A DNA stretch of 64,000 nt from Balanoglossus misakiensis (GCA_040954595.2 CM082587.2:6561705-6625704), one strand, 5' to 3'; positions 15,301 to 31,104 are shown, counted from the first letter of the stretch. The notes: generated by a model from the letters alone, not told the origin. Made by a program: numbers and translations.

Positions 15301-18300
15301 AATTTGATCAATTTTCTTGCATTTACAACCGTTATGGTGTCTTTAATAAAGATTATTGTAACACAAACGAGCGGATGCCGGAATTGGGCTTTGTGGTCTC
15401 CATTGTGAAAACATGTTTTTCTCGTTCATTTGCCAACTATGGGAGGTCATGTGAGGATGCACTGCGACCCGAAATGGTGATTAGATTTAGTCAGAAACGC
15501 AAAAGGTACGCATCGTCGAAAACTCTGCATGAAATCCCACCTTGCAGACTAAAAAAGTCCAAAAAAACATACGACAAGGTGAGCAGATTACGAGACCCCC
15601 CCCCCAAAAAAAAAAAAAAAATAGAAAAATTGACAGTTATAACGGGGTCACCTAAAATCACTGTTACATCGTAGTGCAAATGTACCAGGTGTCCAGAATG
15701 GGTAAAAGCGTGTACTCTGGTAGTCTGCTTCACCCATCAAGACTGTCCCAAATTAACTGTAAGCTGCCAAAAATATCGCTGTTAGTCAAACACGTGAATG
15801 CTTCCACTCGTCTCTTGTGTCATGTTCGGAAACAACGTCTCTATGTCCGCAATAGAACGTCTTACACGATCTAAACTACTTTTAATTTTCTGAGAACCCA
15901 ATGACAGAATAATGTGCCCATGCAGTGTCACAATGACGCCATTAGAGGCGTACTCGGCGAGTCAACAGAGCAATATGAGCGCGGGAACCGAAAGAGGCTG
16001 TTTAATAACCTTTATGATGACATAGGAGACAAAGTCCCATTACACGACAAATTAAACATGATTTCTGCAGGAAGCCACGGTAAGTGATCGGTCTGCTCCC
16101 TGTGTTTGCTTGCGGCATGTCGTTTAAAATAGAGCGCTGCCCGTGTAAACACTCCATGATTACCGCAAACACGAGCACGAGGCGCTTTTTTACCACCCAA
16201 CGACTGCCATGATTCTGTTTAGCATCCCCGTCAGAAGTTACTGTTGGCGAAAAGTATTAACTCACTGTTTGCCGTTTTTGTAGAGCACGCCCCGTGAAAT
16301 GTCAGTTGCTTGAACTTCAAATTAAAATGCTCAGTTCACCAAAAATAGTTCGTTAAATATGCAAATGAGCAGTTGATTGTATCTTGCTTAGATCAGTATG
16401 TGTTAATTACAAGTGGATTCAAATTTGGTGAAACAACCATTGGTCTACATGGCAAGTGTGAAGGTTTGTGAAATGAGCCAAAAGATGATTCCCGCTCAAT
16501 GCGAGATCTCGCGAGACTTGGTTACGAATTAGGCTCAATTATTCAAGCCACGTGCACGAACCACCTGTCATTTTTTGCCTCCACTTTTCACATAGTTATG
16601 CAAATGAATCTTAATTATGCAAGCCACGCCCACTATAATCCACACGTGAATCCAATCTGATCAGTTATTCATGAGACCACAGACCACGCTGGCACCAGAG
16701 TACTTGTCTGCACACGGGAGCTAAAATTAGAATCCCAACGAAGGAAACGACCTTGGCAAATTCTATTTCTATATTAACTCTTATTAGTATTTGATTTACA
16801 AGCAGCGGAAGTTTTTGTGCGAGTATTAATACACGCAAATTTCGTTATTCAAAAGCATTAGTTCTATGCAGCCATGCTGAAAATTTAGCAATGAAAGTCT
16901 AAACAATCGATCAAACAATTCTAAAATTAGAGGTAGTTTTCATTAGGGGTTTATGCGTATCAGCACTTCGGGTAGTTTTTGAATCACGACCCGTGGTTTT
17001 TGACTGAACATCAGCAGGACGCTTTTAAATATTCATCAGAAATTATATTTCCAGGGCTGGCTGAGTTCTACAATGTAGACAAGTGATTATCACAGCAGGA
17101 ATTGTTTATGGTTTGACAAATTCACTCGCGGCGGCCATTAAATCAGGCTCATCTATATTTCGATCAACCAAGGCCATTGCCACCTGCACTTGTCATTAAT
17201 TCCTTCGCAGACAGACACCGAACATCCCCAGTGTAGTTTGACCTTCGGAAACTACAGAAAATGCTTATGTCCACTTTGATTAACTGTTTCACTGCGGGTA
17301 TTCGGGAGGCGACGAAACTTGGCGTTCAGTTGTGTTATTTATGTGAATTTCGGACGCTTCTGGTTTAACGTCTTCACAGCGAAGCGAAACCAAAGCGCCC
17401 CAAAACAAGTAATCGTTCGTAATCCGCGACGTAAAATCCCCAACTTGTCAAAATTCTTGACGTCTAAAGGCCGGGGAGGGTAATCTATCGCCCTTGTTGT
17501 TTTAATAACGCACACCACGCTCTTTCCAATCCTAGGATGAAAATCCGACGCGGTAATACGGGCGGATCAACTGATAAATAATTCAGCAGTATATGCCTAA
17601 TGACTATAAGGATTATATTTCCCATAGCATTATTCTCTTAATATGTTCCAAAGAGAATTCTCGACATTTCGCAAAAAATGATGTGGACTTTGTACGTCAT
17701 TTTAAAACCAATTAAGAGACACAGAAATCGGGATGGCGTCATTTTCGTCGTTTAATTTTGACCAGGAATGTATGAAGTGATGTCGCTAGGGGATATGCCG
17801 TGTAATCTTAAGCGGATATATTATATTACTTTTCATCCAAACCATAACTATAAATTGGACGGTTTTGTGTGGTTTTGTATACGTCCAGTTTCGACAGTGG
17901 GTGTCTCTTCTGCCGTCCCAAGGAAGGAAGAAGCCCATTAAGAAAATCAAACAAATCGCACCACCACTCATAAATAATCTAATGTCACCACAATTCTGTG
18001 GGAAGCCCACAATCTTCGAATAACGCTCATAACAGGCTACAGACAAAACCACAAGCACACAACACCAGGCAAGACACTTAAATTAGGAGATTGACTTTTA
18101 ATTAACGCCTCTGTACTCACAAAGAAGCCAAGAAATGCGTCGGGCGTTTCGTAAAGAGTGAGCGAACCCTACTCCACACTCCTACGTCAATCGTCAAATC
18201 GCGATGCGATGAGAAAATTACTTTTGATCAAATTATTTGCCTCACCTAATTCGAAGACACCATATAGTTGTCCATCAGACAAACTTTTTGACGGCGCTCA

Positions 18301-20439
18301 AACACTGACCTTGACGACTGGTATTTCCTTTTTCATAATGCAGATAAAGGATAATCGTTGTATTTCAATTTTATAAGATACACGTTGTTTGTGAATACGA
18401 CTTTTCACGTAAATGACAAATTACACTGCGGTTTTGCCCTGTGACGTAACTGCCCTTTCAAACAGAAACGGAGGGGGAGTTGTGCGAAAGTTGTGTGACT
18501 TTCGTGGCCTCGGTTGACAATATTTAACTTAAGAACACTAAATATCCGTCGGTACCGTTTTCAGTGATCGTATATGTCAACGACACAAAATCGATATCGC
18601 TTGCGGGGCAAGTATCAAATATGCGTCCACGGTATAGTTTAATATGACGTGCCGATGGCTCTAAAACGGGAGATATTACATTAAGCCTCTTCAGAAATAT
18701 GCGCAGCGTCAGTTCATAAGATGTTTGCATCACGATTTCCTACTTCTAAGTTATGGCATTGGTAAATGAGGGGTCACCAGGGGTCAGGTAGCCCGAAGAC
18801 AATATTCCTTTAATGTGGACAAGGAAGATTCCTGACAACGCATTCGCCAAGCCCGTGATTATCTCGGGACAAGATCAGTATGGATATTCGTGTTATACAT
18901 ATCAAGCGTGTGTGGTGATGTATATGAAATGAGCTTCCTGTAGAACGCCGATCGTGGAAGTCGAACCGAAGCAACTAAAAACCGAAGTGGAGCAAATATT
19001 TAATTTTTGCGCCGTCAATAATGTTAAACAGGAGAATTATTTCTCAAATTTGCTTTAAGAGTTCGCGCCAATATCAGATATCTCGACATCATGAATCGCC
19101 TGGCAAGCTTGGAAAACATTTGGAAAGTTTGTCCGCTGGATTTAACATGTCCTTTTTTGTAGTGCTCTTGGGAGAACAGGGATTTCTCATTTGCATTACT
19201 AGTACTGCTTCAAGAAAATCGTCAAAAATTAAAACATATGAACCGATTTTTTAAAAAAAACGACATCGGCATGTAGACAGGTGGGATTATCGGGATCACA
19301 GTGCGGTCACGTGATCTGGCCAGTCTGACTCAAGGATCAGACGGTCTTTTCTTTATCATAGGGCACCGAATAAAAATTTGATTGTATTAACGAAAGGTTA
19401 CCTGAGCTGTTATTCTAATTCGTTCGTCTCCCCTTTGGTGATTTCCCCATTTGCTATTGTTTCTCCGCACAAAACTGGAGCGTTTTTTTCTGCGCGGATC
19501 AAATATAACCACAGGAACTTCGGAATCGACCTTTTTCTGCACTGACTCGAACCGAATCGGTGCCCTCTGAGTCTCGGTGTACGTCATCTAAACTCTACGA
19601 CCGGGAAAGTTTTGTACGCGACTGCTAATCTTTCTTACGGTCACTTGGCAATCTGAAGTTGACGGGGTGACTTGTCGTGCAACGCGGTAATTCATTTAGG
19701 AGTATTGCCGTGTTGATCTTCAGTACAATATGAGTTAAAGTTATGTAGCACTCTGAGATCAACCAGTTGAAATTACAGCATGAGCTTTCGGGAACACGTA
19801 GTCCCCTTCATCAGATGCACACGTGGATTGAACAGAGAAACATGGGGTATTCAAAGTAGGAAATATGTGCAGGACCAGGTGCATCGGAAAACAAAAGAAG
19901 GGTTGGGTGTGAAAATTGAACAATGGACAAACGCAGACGGGGAATAATTTGTCTTGCAGACGGAAAAAATACGTCGAGTTTGATCAATCAAAACCACAAA
20001 TCGTGAGAAATGAAACCGTTGACACCCAGGGTCAACAATTTTACCACTCGCGCATAATCAGAAGTTGCCGTGGCAACACGGGCGTCCCTTCCCGTCCGAA
20101 TGCCCCTCCTCGTGCGGGGAATTAGGAAAATTATTCAAATCATCGCAAACGCAACCCCGGGTCCGTCAGCCAATCACGGCACAGCACGCAGAAGAAAGTG
20201 GGCAGTGGTGTTGCGCCGTGCATCACGTGATCACCATCAACAAACGTTTACTGACGGAAGAGAGGTAGTCCCAGAATCTTGATGGAAACCCAGAGCTATA
20301 ATTAGCGCGACGTCGTCGGCTGCTTTCCTTTTTCCCCCTTTCACTGAATACGTAAATCAGTTGTTCGCGCGCAGACCCTTTCCCGGTATTTGCGTATACG
20401 CGGAGAGACTCCTACGCACCGCTCTTTAAGTTGTCGTCA

Positions 20440-20585
20440 GTCATTGGCGGGCTATAGATAGGCGGCCACCGCACCGAGCCAACCATTTCAGAGTCGCCAA
20501 TTGTGAACGCTTTAAAGTCACTCCTGACTGCGGGCTCTGTAAGCGAGAAAGGAAGCTTGTTGGCAACATTTGCCGATCACCACAG
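20440..20585 (+). promoter_or_regulatory. Candidate promoter and non-coding first exon, possibly of the neuropeptide gene
   Basis: CpG-rich patch with ATTGG (20443), CCAAT (20497), TATA-like TTTAAA (20511) and a donor CAG|GTACGT at 20585/20586. The neuropeptide coding exon starts at an acceptor (32297), so it needs an upstream exon. Confidence 0.4.
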
Positions 20586-23500
20586 GTACGTTGAAAGTTG
20601 TTTTATGTCAACCGGCTAGTGGTTTGATTTTTTACCACCGTTTCAATCGGTGTCTGCAGCAAAGCGTGTACCGTGTTCGGATGCGTGTTCAATGTTAACC
20701 CATTTTTTTCTTCTAGTCTTCTATACAAATGTCTTCATGTTTCAACTTGTCAATATTCCCCTCTGTGTTTAGCACAGACTTTGTGCAGATGTCTGCATGA
20801 GAAAGCTGTTCGCTCGAAGGCCCGTTTAAAGCACTGTTTCCGATTTAATCGTTCAGTCTGTAATACTAGCCAATTTAGGTAAACGTTTTTTTTTATTAAG
20901 AGTTCCGCAATTTCGACTATTATCTTGATGAAAATACTCTGATTAGTTCAGATTCATTTCCCAAGTATCACTTTTCCATCCAGTTGCATAATGAAAAAAC
21001 AATCTCGACAAACGATGATGCAAGTTTTGCTCGTTGGCGCAACGTGTGTAGGTCTCAGTTCGCCGGCGTGCCTAGTATTTTTCGAAATTGAATCACAACT
21101 TTCTCAACGGAACAGCTATACGTTTTCTTTCTTCTTCTTGGTGAAAGTATCTGCTCTGTGCTGATTCGCGTAGTTGTCATCAGACTCGTAAGTTGCGATT
21201 CGGGGTACTCGGTTTCCCTAAGTCACCGAGACAGTAAATGCGCATTTTCAACCTCCATATATCAAAGACGTGTGTTTCAACGCACGACACGTTTAAACGA
21301 TGCTCTGTGTGAATTCTCGGGGACTTCAAGGGGACGGACAGTTGTCCCTTTTCCCTTAGCAATAATGTTTGGAAACGGTCCCCGACAAGTTTCAATGCAG
21401 TTTGCACAGGGAAGGGAAATCGTGAAAGGACTGTCCGAGGGCATGTCCTCTTGGTAACCACAGTTGTAGACCACAAGTCTTTCTTGAGGGACTGTGCGTA
21501 GACGTAACTCTGTCACGGTAATCGGAAAATCACAATATATTCAGACGGTGATGTCAATCACGCAAATTGATCCCTTCCCGCGTTCTGGGAATTTGCTGCC
21601 GTCAACGGGAGTGTGTGCACCTTCAGGAACAGAACCCTTCTCTAAGACTTTCTCTCCACTTTATTTTCTTGTGACGACGCAAGATTTTCGAACAGACGAC
21701 CGGCAAAAAAATGGCGATGTAGTGTCACGTGTCTTCTTGAACGTTCAATGTCCATGTACAATCACTGTATACATGTACCTACATGTAGTTCCCCAGTCCA
21801 GGTAAACTCAGATCCTTCGTTTGCATGTTTAGCCTGGTTCCGTGCGTCCATGGGAGGGTTGCAGATAAGCTCTGTGGTTAAAAACGAATAACATCTTCTG
21901 ATTGCGAGGGTTTTAATTACACATGCACCTGAGATGACCCTGACATTGCCTTGTTCGTGGTTGATAGCGGATATTCTTAATTATCGCCCGAGGCCACACA
22001 CCTTGTATATACATGTATACATCGCGTTTACGGGTCAATGCCTGTTTTCGTCCAGAAACAAGAATCCCATCGTGAACAGACTATGACACGACAGAGGAAG
22101 CCTATACGCCGTGCGGTTCCAATATATACTTTGCAAAATAATTGAACAAGACGACAACATCGTTCCCTCATCGCAGCGTTGGTTGATTATATTTTCTCAC
22201 ATCAGCGGTATTCTCCTAAGAATCGAACGTAACCGTGTAACGAGATATCATTCCGATGAAATTTCCACTTGAGCTGGTCTGAGACATGTTTTTCCCCGAT
22301 CACCGGGACAGATTAAAGAATCATCGAGAAAATCTTACTGCTTTTATAAAATAAGAAAGGAAGATCGCGCTAAGTGTTTCACTCCCATGATATTTCGGAG
22401 GAGCGTTTCTCCAAGAGACCAGACGATGTAAATCATGGATGAAGCGCATGAAATTTAAACCCCTCGTCCCTATCAACTCCTTCGCAGTGGCACGCCCGTG
22501 AGACAAGATTAAAACGATTAAACGTGTACATGTTATACTTCTCGCGATAACCTGGTAATAATCCGCGTCCCGTCATTATTATTTTTGCAAATCGCATTCT
22601 TACCTGGAATGTATTTATGGGTCTGGCATGATTTCCGCGAAATGAACTCAAAATGCCTGTTTATCTTTGTAAATATTTCCGAAAATTATGGAGAACGATT
22701 TAGAAGTAAGTGTAGGCGTTTATGAAAATTTCTATTGGTTTTAAACTATTGGTAAGCTTGATTCCCACGTGTATCGACTCTGGTTAAATTCACCTGTCTT
22801 CCAATTGCTATTACAAGGCCTCGTATAGTATAATGTACGTTTATAGGGAAAGCGATACTTATTGGAGAGAGTTCGCCCCGGTCGTAAACGCAAGATATCT
22901 GTTTAGTTCGAACTTTATGGCGCAATGCGCCGAGATTCGTAACTTCATAAACGGACAGCAATGCAATGTGGGTTTCCATGACAACGGTTATCACTGTCCC
23001 TTTTTGTCTGTTCAAACGAATGTTATGATTATCGAGAGTGGCGTGTGCAAAAACGTTCTGAACACTGGCCATGTGCCTGGTAACGAAGGTTGCTGTGTGT
23101 ACAAACACATTGTCGTAGCGTGGAAACGCCGAAAATTTGGAGTCTTCCACGCACTTTCATCCGGCGCCGGCCATTCATTTTCTCACGAGGTATGTGAACT
23201 CCGCGGATGCAGAGGAACCACAGGGATCGTAAAACATCCAAATTTACTCTTGTTCTGTTTGTTAACATTATCGGTAATTACTTTCGCCGACATTTAAGTA
23301 ACGATGCTTCACCTTTATCGACCTTCTCACGAATCTATAAAGTCGTGAATATTTTAACGTTTATGTTTTTAACGCCAGTGGGGTCGTTGGGGTGGCTCTT
23401 TCAAAAATACACATTATTTACCACCGTCTTTTATAAACATTACTCTAATACTTCGCACTTTTTTATTTCCATATAAACTATTACACTTGAACTTTAGTTC

Positions 23501-24276
23501 GATGCAGCGTACTTGATTACGATGTTGTCAGATGAGATATCTCTGAATAGCTGCGTAATGCGCGGTTGATTGACATGTCGTACACCAACAACTAGTGCCA
23601 CGGCGGACTGAAGTTACCGTGTTTCACTGATTCGTTTTACGTTAGGCCTAAACGTCGATCTGCGATGGGAAGTGGATTTCCTCGAATTGGCAAATGGGAG
23701 ACGTTGATTCTTGCACACAAATCACGGTGATAGACGCCCCGATGCCTGGGTTAGAATACAAATCGAGATCTTCAACAAAAGATGTCTCGCTATTTGATCT
23801 GTCCCTCGGAAAGATATAACATACCACCAGGGCTGCGCAAGAGTTAGGCAATACCACTTGTAGACAAAACGCACAGTGCGATTTGCTGTTTCCGGCAAAA
23901 CTAAGGAGAAGATCTTTAAGCGTTCTGTAGAGAAACCTGTTTCCTCATCAAACTTAATAATTATATGCCCACGTAAATCGGTTTACACCTTCGTACGTAA
24001 TTGATTTAAAACTATAAGAATGTTTATACTGTAACATTATCGCAGATTCAAACCAGCGTAAATCTACGTCATATCTCATGAATGTCGTTAGCTGTTTCAG
24101 TACAGTCGATGACGTCACTAACGTCATCATTCTAATCGCCACTTAATGCTATGGAGTTTATGCTATTAAAACACTTTCTTATCCGAAGTGTTTCATGAGT
24201 AACGTTCAAAATGGGAAGAAGACCCTTCACCAAAAATGTCCACTTTTAACTTTATTCTCTTTCTGACAATCATTCA

Positions 24277-24420
24277 ATGATGATGATGTTGATGACGTTG
24301 TCATCGTCATCGTCATCACCACCACCACCATCACCACCAAACTTCCATCACCACTATTGTCGTCATCATTATCATCGTCGTCGTCGTCGTCATCATCATC
24401 ATCATCATCATCATCATCGT
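24277..24420. repeat. Compound (CAT/CGT/CAC)n trinucleotide microsatellite
   Basis: Direct reading. Confidence 0.9.
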
Positions 24421-25443
24421 TTTCATTTAGTTAAATCACCACAACTTCAAGAACAGTTAGTCAAAAAACTAAATCTTTGAATTGGACCACCGCGGTTGTA
24501 CGTCATGCGAAAGTTTGTAATACTAACAGCGGAAGAGGCAATGCTATTGCCTTTCCAAACGCATACACAGTTAAACGTCACGCTAAATGTTACGCGCGAT
24601 TGATCAAACTTCGTTTTGCCTCTCAGCTTTCTCTCTGGGCATCGATAACTCCAGAAACCCGATCAATTCATCTTACAAAATTACAAGTTGGACGTCAAAA
24701 ATCTTGCTATGTGCAACAGCACGTGTGGAACCCTATTTGTCATTCATACCTCACCTAGCAGAGATTGAACGCACTTGTCGCTCGTTTTATTGGAATTGAT
24801 CGGAGCAAAGTAGACATCCGTTACTCGCCCGTTCACGCGACTGGTGCCTAAAAAAGTGCAAATTGCGATGGCGTATTTCATCGGGGTCTTGGACATTGGG
24901 GGTACAATTTTGCGACGATGTCGGTGAAACAAACCTTACGTGATCAATTTGGGACTTTTCGGTTGTCAGCGTCACACGTGACGCGGAATTCGTTTGAGTG
25001 TAGCTTGACCACGGGAGCCACTGCATGAATATCTATACAAGTCATACGGATCGGCCATCAGTGTATCCTATAAAATAAGGGATCTGGCTGATTGAATTTC
25101 TACATTCAAACACAACATGCTATTTCTTCGCGCGGATTTCCGTGCGCAGAGCGTCTTACGCCGCCTCCATTTCGCGCTTGGATAGGTGAACTCGGCGATT
25201 TAAAGCTTCCGTGTATTACTTCAATTTATATTCATTTTGCGACCGGATTTCTTACCAGAAATGGAATTATCCTTTTACTGAATGTGTGCGCGTCCCTTTG
25301 TGCTCTTTCGTAGTCTTGCCTTGTGATCGGAAATCCAAACAAATCTATGAAAAAAGCTCCCCCAATACCCCGATTCGCCTAGTTTTATTAGAGTTACGTA
25401 TACTAACTGATTCTCATTTCGACACATAATTACGCTACCTTAA

Positions 25444-25841
25444 TAGATAGGCAGTTTCATGCATAGCGGTGGTTCTTACCGAAAAATCGTGGTTCTTACG
25501 TTATACAGCCTACAAAGTCAAAAATTTCCAAGGTTTTAGCTTACAAAGTCATAATTTTAGTCTATGCAATGATAATTTGTCATTAAAAAATAACAATTAC
25601 CGCTCTATGGCGCTCTCATATCATCAAGGTTCTTAGATAGGCATTTCATGCATAGCCGTGGTTCTTACGGAAAAATCGTGGTTCTTACCGAAAAATCGTG
25701 GTTCTTACGTTATACAGCCTACAAACTCAAAATTGTTCAAGGTTTTAGCTTACAAAGTCTTAATTTTAGTCTATACAATGATAATTTCTCATTAAAAACT
25801 AACAATTACCGCTCTATAGCTCTCTCATATCATCAGGGTTC
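25444..25841. repeat. Diverged tandem duplication (~190 bp period) with internal ~20-bp gtggttcttac(c/g)gaaaaatc sub-repeats
   Basis: 25444-25631 is closely similar to 25634-25841; the second copy has one extra sub-repeat. Confidence 0.88.
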
Positions 25842-28800
25842 TAATTCATTCCAATTGCCTATCGCACATGATGTCACAGATTATCATAGATCTGTTACGG
25901 TTATTTTACTGTTTGACTTCCTCTCTGCGTGACGAAAACCCCGGAGCTTTCAAGGCTTTAAATACGAAGCGCACGATGACGATTATCATTGCAGGAATTT
26001 ACTTATTTCTATTCAAGAGCTAAATGCAGGCGAAATCGAAAAATGACCAGTCTGTCACGCTTTGAATGCTGTCTGATCGCGTCTTGGAAAAACAGCTCCA
26101 AGTGTGCCTGTCAATAACACTGTCAAATGTCTAACAATACATTGAGATGGCTCTCAGATCAAGATTTTTTTTAGATAATTTGATCAAATCTGGACTGGTG
26201 CAGAAATTTATAAGTAATTTCACAATTCTGCAAAAAAAGGCAGATAATTGTCATTACACACGTAGACTCACCATAACCTTGAGAGATTGTTTAGCGGTTA
26301 AGTTTAATCAAATTAGGTGCGGTGGTCAAAGGTATAGCGATACTTCCATTGTGCTCTCCATAGACGACCATTATCAGAAAAAATCAAATCTTTGATACCG
26401 GTAACGTTATTAATATGCCAGCCACGCCCACCCAAACTAATCAGTTCTTTTTTTGTACCTGTTCGCGAAATTTTGTTGAAGCCTTTCTTGAGATATCGAT
26501 GACTACAGGCAGACATACAGACAGACAGGCTTCGGTTCGAAATAAGCCCCTATGTTTTGCAAATGGACTGAAAAAGTCCCCCCCCCCCACACACACTCTG
26601 GTCTGACTTTCAACCTTAACCGTTCTTGACACGTACGGGCAGTTAACAATCATTAAAAAGCCTCGTTTGAAGTGTAGACTGTCAAGGATCTATAATCAAC
26701 CCGCAGAACGGAAACTTTAATGACCCGAAGCAGCGGCAGTCGATCTCGGTTTCAACTCTGTTGCCGACCACCTGCACTTCTCGTAGAGGGACACCGACCA
26801 ACACCGACCCATGGGGTCGCACTTCAGAGAATCGTTGAACAGCGCAGCGTTTAGCGAGACCGTGGGCCGTCCGCGCATTTAACGGCCATTACTCCGCCGT
26901 GCGTCTTCCAGCAGATAATTAAAAACCTGTGGGTATAAACAGCGTGGCGTTTACTCGCATGCTCCCTTCTTTTCAAATACCGTTTCCTGTTCACAGAACT
27001 GCGGATAAAATCTCCGTTTTTGACTCATGTCTGTTATTCTGCAATGTCATAGCGTGTGATTTGCTCCAGACGCGTCCACGTAAAGATGCTGTAATAAATA
27101 TTTATCAAATGTGTATAATTTAATTCTTAATACATGACAATATTATCACAGTGTTTACCAAATGCGTGTAATTCACACTTTGTGCATGATGACAATATTA
27201 TTACAGACTGCCTACTGATTTCTGTTCAGGTTTATATAGTTAAATTCTGGCGTGAAAGAACTGCTATATATCACATGCGTTGAAAAGGAGTATCTCAAGT
27301 ACAGATATTTCTAAGTCATAGTACGCCCAACGTGACGAATGGTGCAAAGGGCTTTCTTGAAATCCATTGGCGTGCCGGATCTTCTTTTCATTTCCTTGTC
27401 TTTTTATGTCTTGTCGGCCACTTCCGCGGATTCGAAGGTACACTGCTAATGAGGGAGACGGATTATAAAATCTTTTGTTGGGGAACTGAGAGCGGTTTTA
27501 CGTTAAGTGTTCATGGCTGTGACCGGCGGCTCCCCTACAGAAAAAGCAGTGAAATTCACCTTTATAGGACGCGAATAGATAGTCCATAATATACATGAGA
27601 CACCGCGCGCGTTTGTCATAATCATAGGGCTTTTTATAAACAAACGACTTCACAAACTATGATACCTATTAATTTGATACAACATTTTCTCACTTAATAC
27701 TGACCATATTACTTTTTTGTAGTTTTCTACTCGGTCTGTGTTGTAACACATCCCATAAAACAAAGCACGTCCTCAACAGTTAATCCATTTGCTTCGCGGA
27801 ATCAGGACATTTACCCATGGGCATTCATTCGTTCACCAGCCCAAGCCGAACAAATTCTAACTCTGCTTTAGGAAAGGAGAAAGCGATTTTTGTGTGTGAT
27901 TTGGTTTCTGTCCTGTACCAATTTATTTGCAGTAAACGTGACGCATGTAGGCGTTTTTTATGCATTTCGTCTGCAACAGTACACTGTGTCAAAAGATCGA
28001 ATATGTGATGTTAACAAATTGCTAAACCAAGAAAAAAAGTCCGCATCAATTTTCCACCAGTCCTCTTTTGTTATTTGTTTACTTTATGAATAGTTAATTT
28101 TAATGTCAGTGATGTTCGCCTTTGACATGACTGCAGTTAAACTTTGATATACAGTCCGATTTAACAGCCAAAGGAGATTTATAATTGATGGCACGGTTGT
28201 ATCATATTTCTGCGTTGATGTTTCTCAGAGTGAATGGTTCGTATAGAATCGTACAACATTCAATGCAGCAATATCTCACTGGAAAATGTGTAGGCCTATT
28301 CTCAGCATTCAGAAGCTACGCTAATTGTTAACATCTGATAATGGCGGCATTTTCGATACGTCACTACAAACCGCTACTACGTCATCAGTTCCGTCGCATT
28401 CCCTCTGTCACATGTGGCAGAGGGACTGTGATTCCGAAGAGTATTTGTACCACTTCTGTATTTACATATGTACTTCTGTCTGTGTCACACATGACCGCCG
28501 TGGTTTTGTTGTGAAATAGTTCGTGTGCTAAGCTAGCTTGTATTCAGTGATGCCACAGTAGACTTTGCTCAAACTTGTCCCAAGGACAGTATGTTATAAC
28601 AAGTATATTAATTTGCATTAAATATATGATCCAATATGGCCGCTAGCCAGTCGTTTTATTACGCAAACTTTCGGCTGCGTTATTAGCAAAGTGGAGTCCC
28701 TCCTGTCCGCCAGGAGCTCTCTAAAATTGAAGCAGTCAGATCCGTTCACGACACGAATCCACAGAATATGCTAGTCAAGAAATTTAGCGTCTGGAAATAG

Positions 28801-31104
28801 CTTTCGAACAGCAGACAGGAATGATCATTAAAACATGGAGCAACAGCAGAGAATCTGGTGAAGTCCGGATCATACAAGAGATATTAGTTTCGTTATATAG
28901 GGCTAAATACTTCCCTTAAATGGACTGGGTTTGATACTGTAACAAAGGAACAGGAAATGTTTTCTGTCTTTGAGCACCAGCATGACAAAATATAGACGCA
29001 GATATTACGATATTTTGGGTACATTTGGCAACATTACTCTTTGCAGAATGTGGCATGTCTTGGGTTATTATTGACAGGTAGCCCAGTGGGTGTGACCGAC
29101 TGGTGTATCACTTGTTGAGGTTTAAGACTCTATACAACGTCTTCTTGCCGTCTTTTTCAATTAAAGTCGATTTTCAGTGTCTTACTTTGATGTTTGGACG
29201 CAAGGTTCACCGCACCGATTCATGCAGATTGTAAGCAAGTCCGCGCGCGAACTCCACTCGACCAGATATCCAGATCTCCCAAAATGAATGGAACTGTATC
29301 GATATATGCCTGACGTCAAATGGGAATTAGTGCAATAATTGGCAATTTAATCGGATTGTGACAACCTAAAATTATACAAAACGGAAGGCGTTGTCAATCT
29401 TTTCTGTTCAAATGCCTGTAGAGTAATATTGCAGATGGCATATTACCCTGGTATTTGTATTCCTGGCGAACCAGAAAATTCCAGTATCTTTCATTAAGTT
29501 CATTGAGCTTGAATAAGGGGTTGAATATTTTCAATCATATATATAGTAGCTTACTTGGGATCATATGCAGTCGCTCAGCGAATAAATACAGCTAGCAAAT
29601 TTATTTTTTGCTCTAATCGACAACAGCCAATTTTGTTTTCTCCTTTCCTGAAAAATTCCAGTTCGGGATGAATCCTTCAAAATGATTTTGTCATCGTGTT
29701 TTTGACATCTGCCGGTGGTTCGAGTTTGTTGTTTAAGTCGTGCATTGTTTCCCTGCAAACCCGAAACTGATTTTCAGCAGAAGCGTGGCGGCCTATCCCA
29801 CAATGCACTAGGTCTCTGGTTACATCACCCAAGGGTCACTGCAACTGAAACAAGCTTAGTCTTTGCAAAAAAGCACCGCATCCATTTTTACAGATGGCTT
29901 ATCTTTCAGCTACTAATTCCCACCCACTCCCTTGTTGACGGTCACGTGACTGGTTGCCATCGTTTCAATTGAACAACAATTTCCCCTGTTGATTCTGGTG
30001 ATGATGATGATACCGATATCGTTAGTACTACGTAATCGTATACAAGTCGCAAGCGGAAAATTACACTGAAATTAAACAGTTTCTCATATAGTCACTCCTA
30101 TGCCAAAATTGACCCCCCCCCCTTTTCGTCATATTACGTTATATCCTTACTTACCCACGGCTGGCCTTCGGGGCACGCGCCGCGTGCCTTTCAATGTAAA
30201 ATATGATTTACATCATCAACAAGATGCCAGGATCTGTAAACTTATAACTTTCCATGTGCATACCGCGTACAATAATTACATGCTTTTATAAGACCCCTTT
30301 TAATATTTATAGAAATAAATCCCATCGGCTCTCATGAAAGTATCCCCACCAAAGTAGCAAATCACGTTTCCCACTTTCCTTGACTAATTATCCCGATATT
30401 GCGAAGGCTTTCGGCGATATTTCTTTGACACCAACTTTACGCATTTCAGTCGATTTACAATACATCAAAATATCTCTCGGTGCAATACGATAGGGTTTTC
30501 GCTCATCGAAGTTGATTTTTTTTCCATTTCGTATTTGGTTGCCCTCATCCTGTAGAACAAAGAAGGTAACTTTACAACTCTTATGGCAGCGCCTTCGAGA
30601 TGTAGCGTAGGCTACACGCAGTAAATTAACAAATTCCTATTGACTCACGAGATATCGAAGTGTCGATGAATTTTACTTGAAAAAAATGCAGTATACATTT
30701 GTTTGCTTGATCGTTTGAAGCGATGCCGACTGCCTTCTCGCGAGAAACATCGGCAAATGCAACTCGCGGGATGCCTTCCTTTGATGTGACGATTAGCGCA
30801 GCTTAGGTGCGAGTATCCATGGCAACGGAACGACAAGTATTCACACATTTCACCGATAATTACAGATGCCGCCACGTTATCCGATGGTCGGACTATAGCG
30901 GCTATACTTACGGTGGATTGGTGTCAATCTCGGTGCTCTGTTGCTATTAGAAACTAACAAACACTGCCTACGTCACACAAATGCATGTGTGTGTGTCGGT
31001 ATTGTATTTCAGAAGCGTATCAAATAAAAACAACGTAATAACCACGATCGTCTTAAATATACTTCTAACTAAGTAATCCGACTTCTGATATTGATTTTTC
31101 TAAT

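Noticed and set aside
22746-23297. 134-154-aa overlapping ORFs
   Set aside because: No recognisable domain, coding bias or splice support; they lie in the presumed neuropeptide intron.
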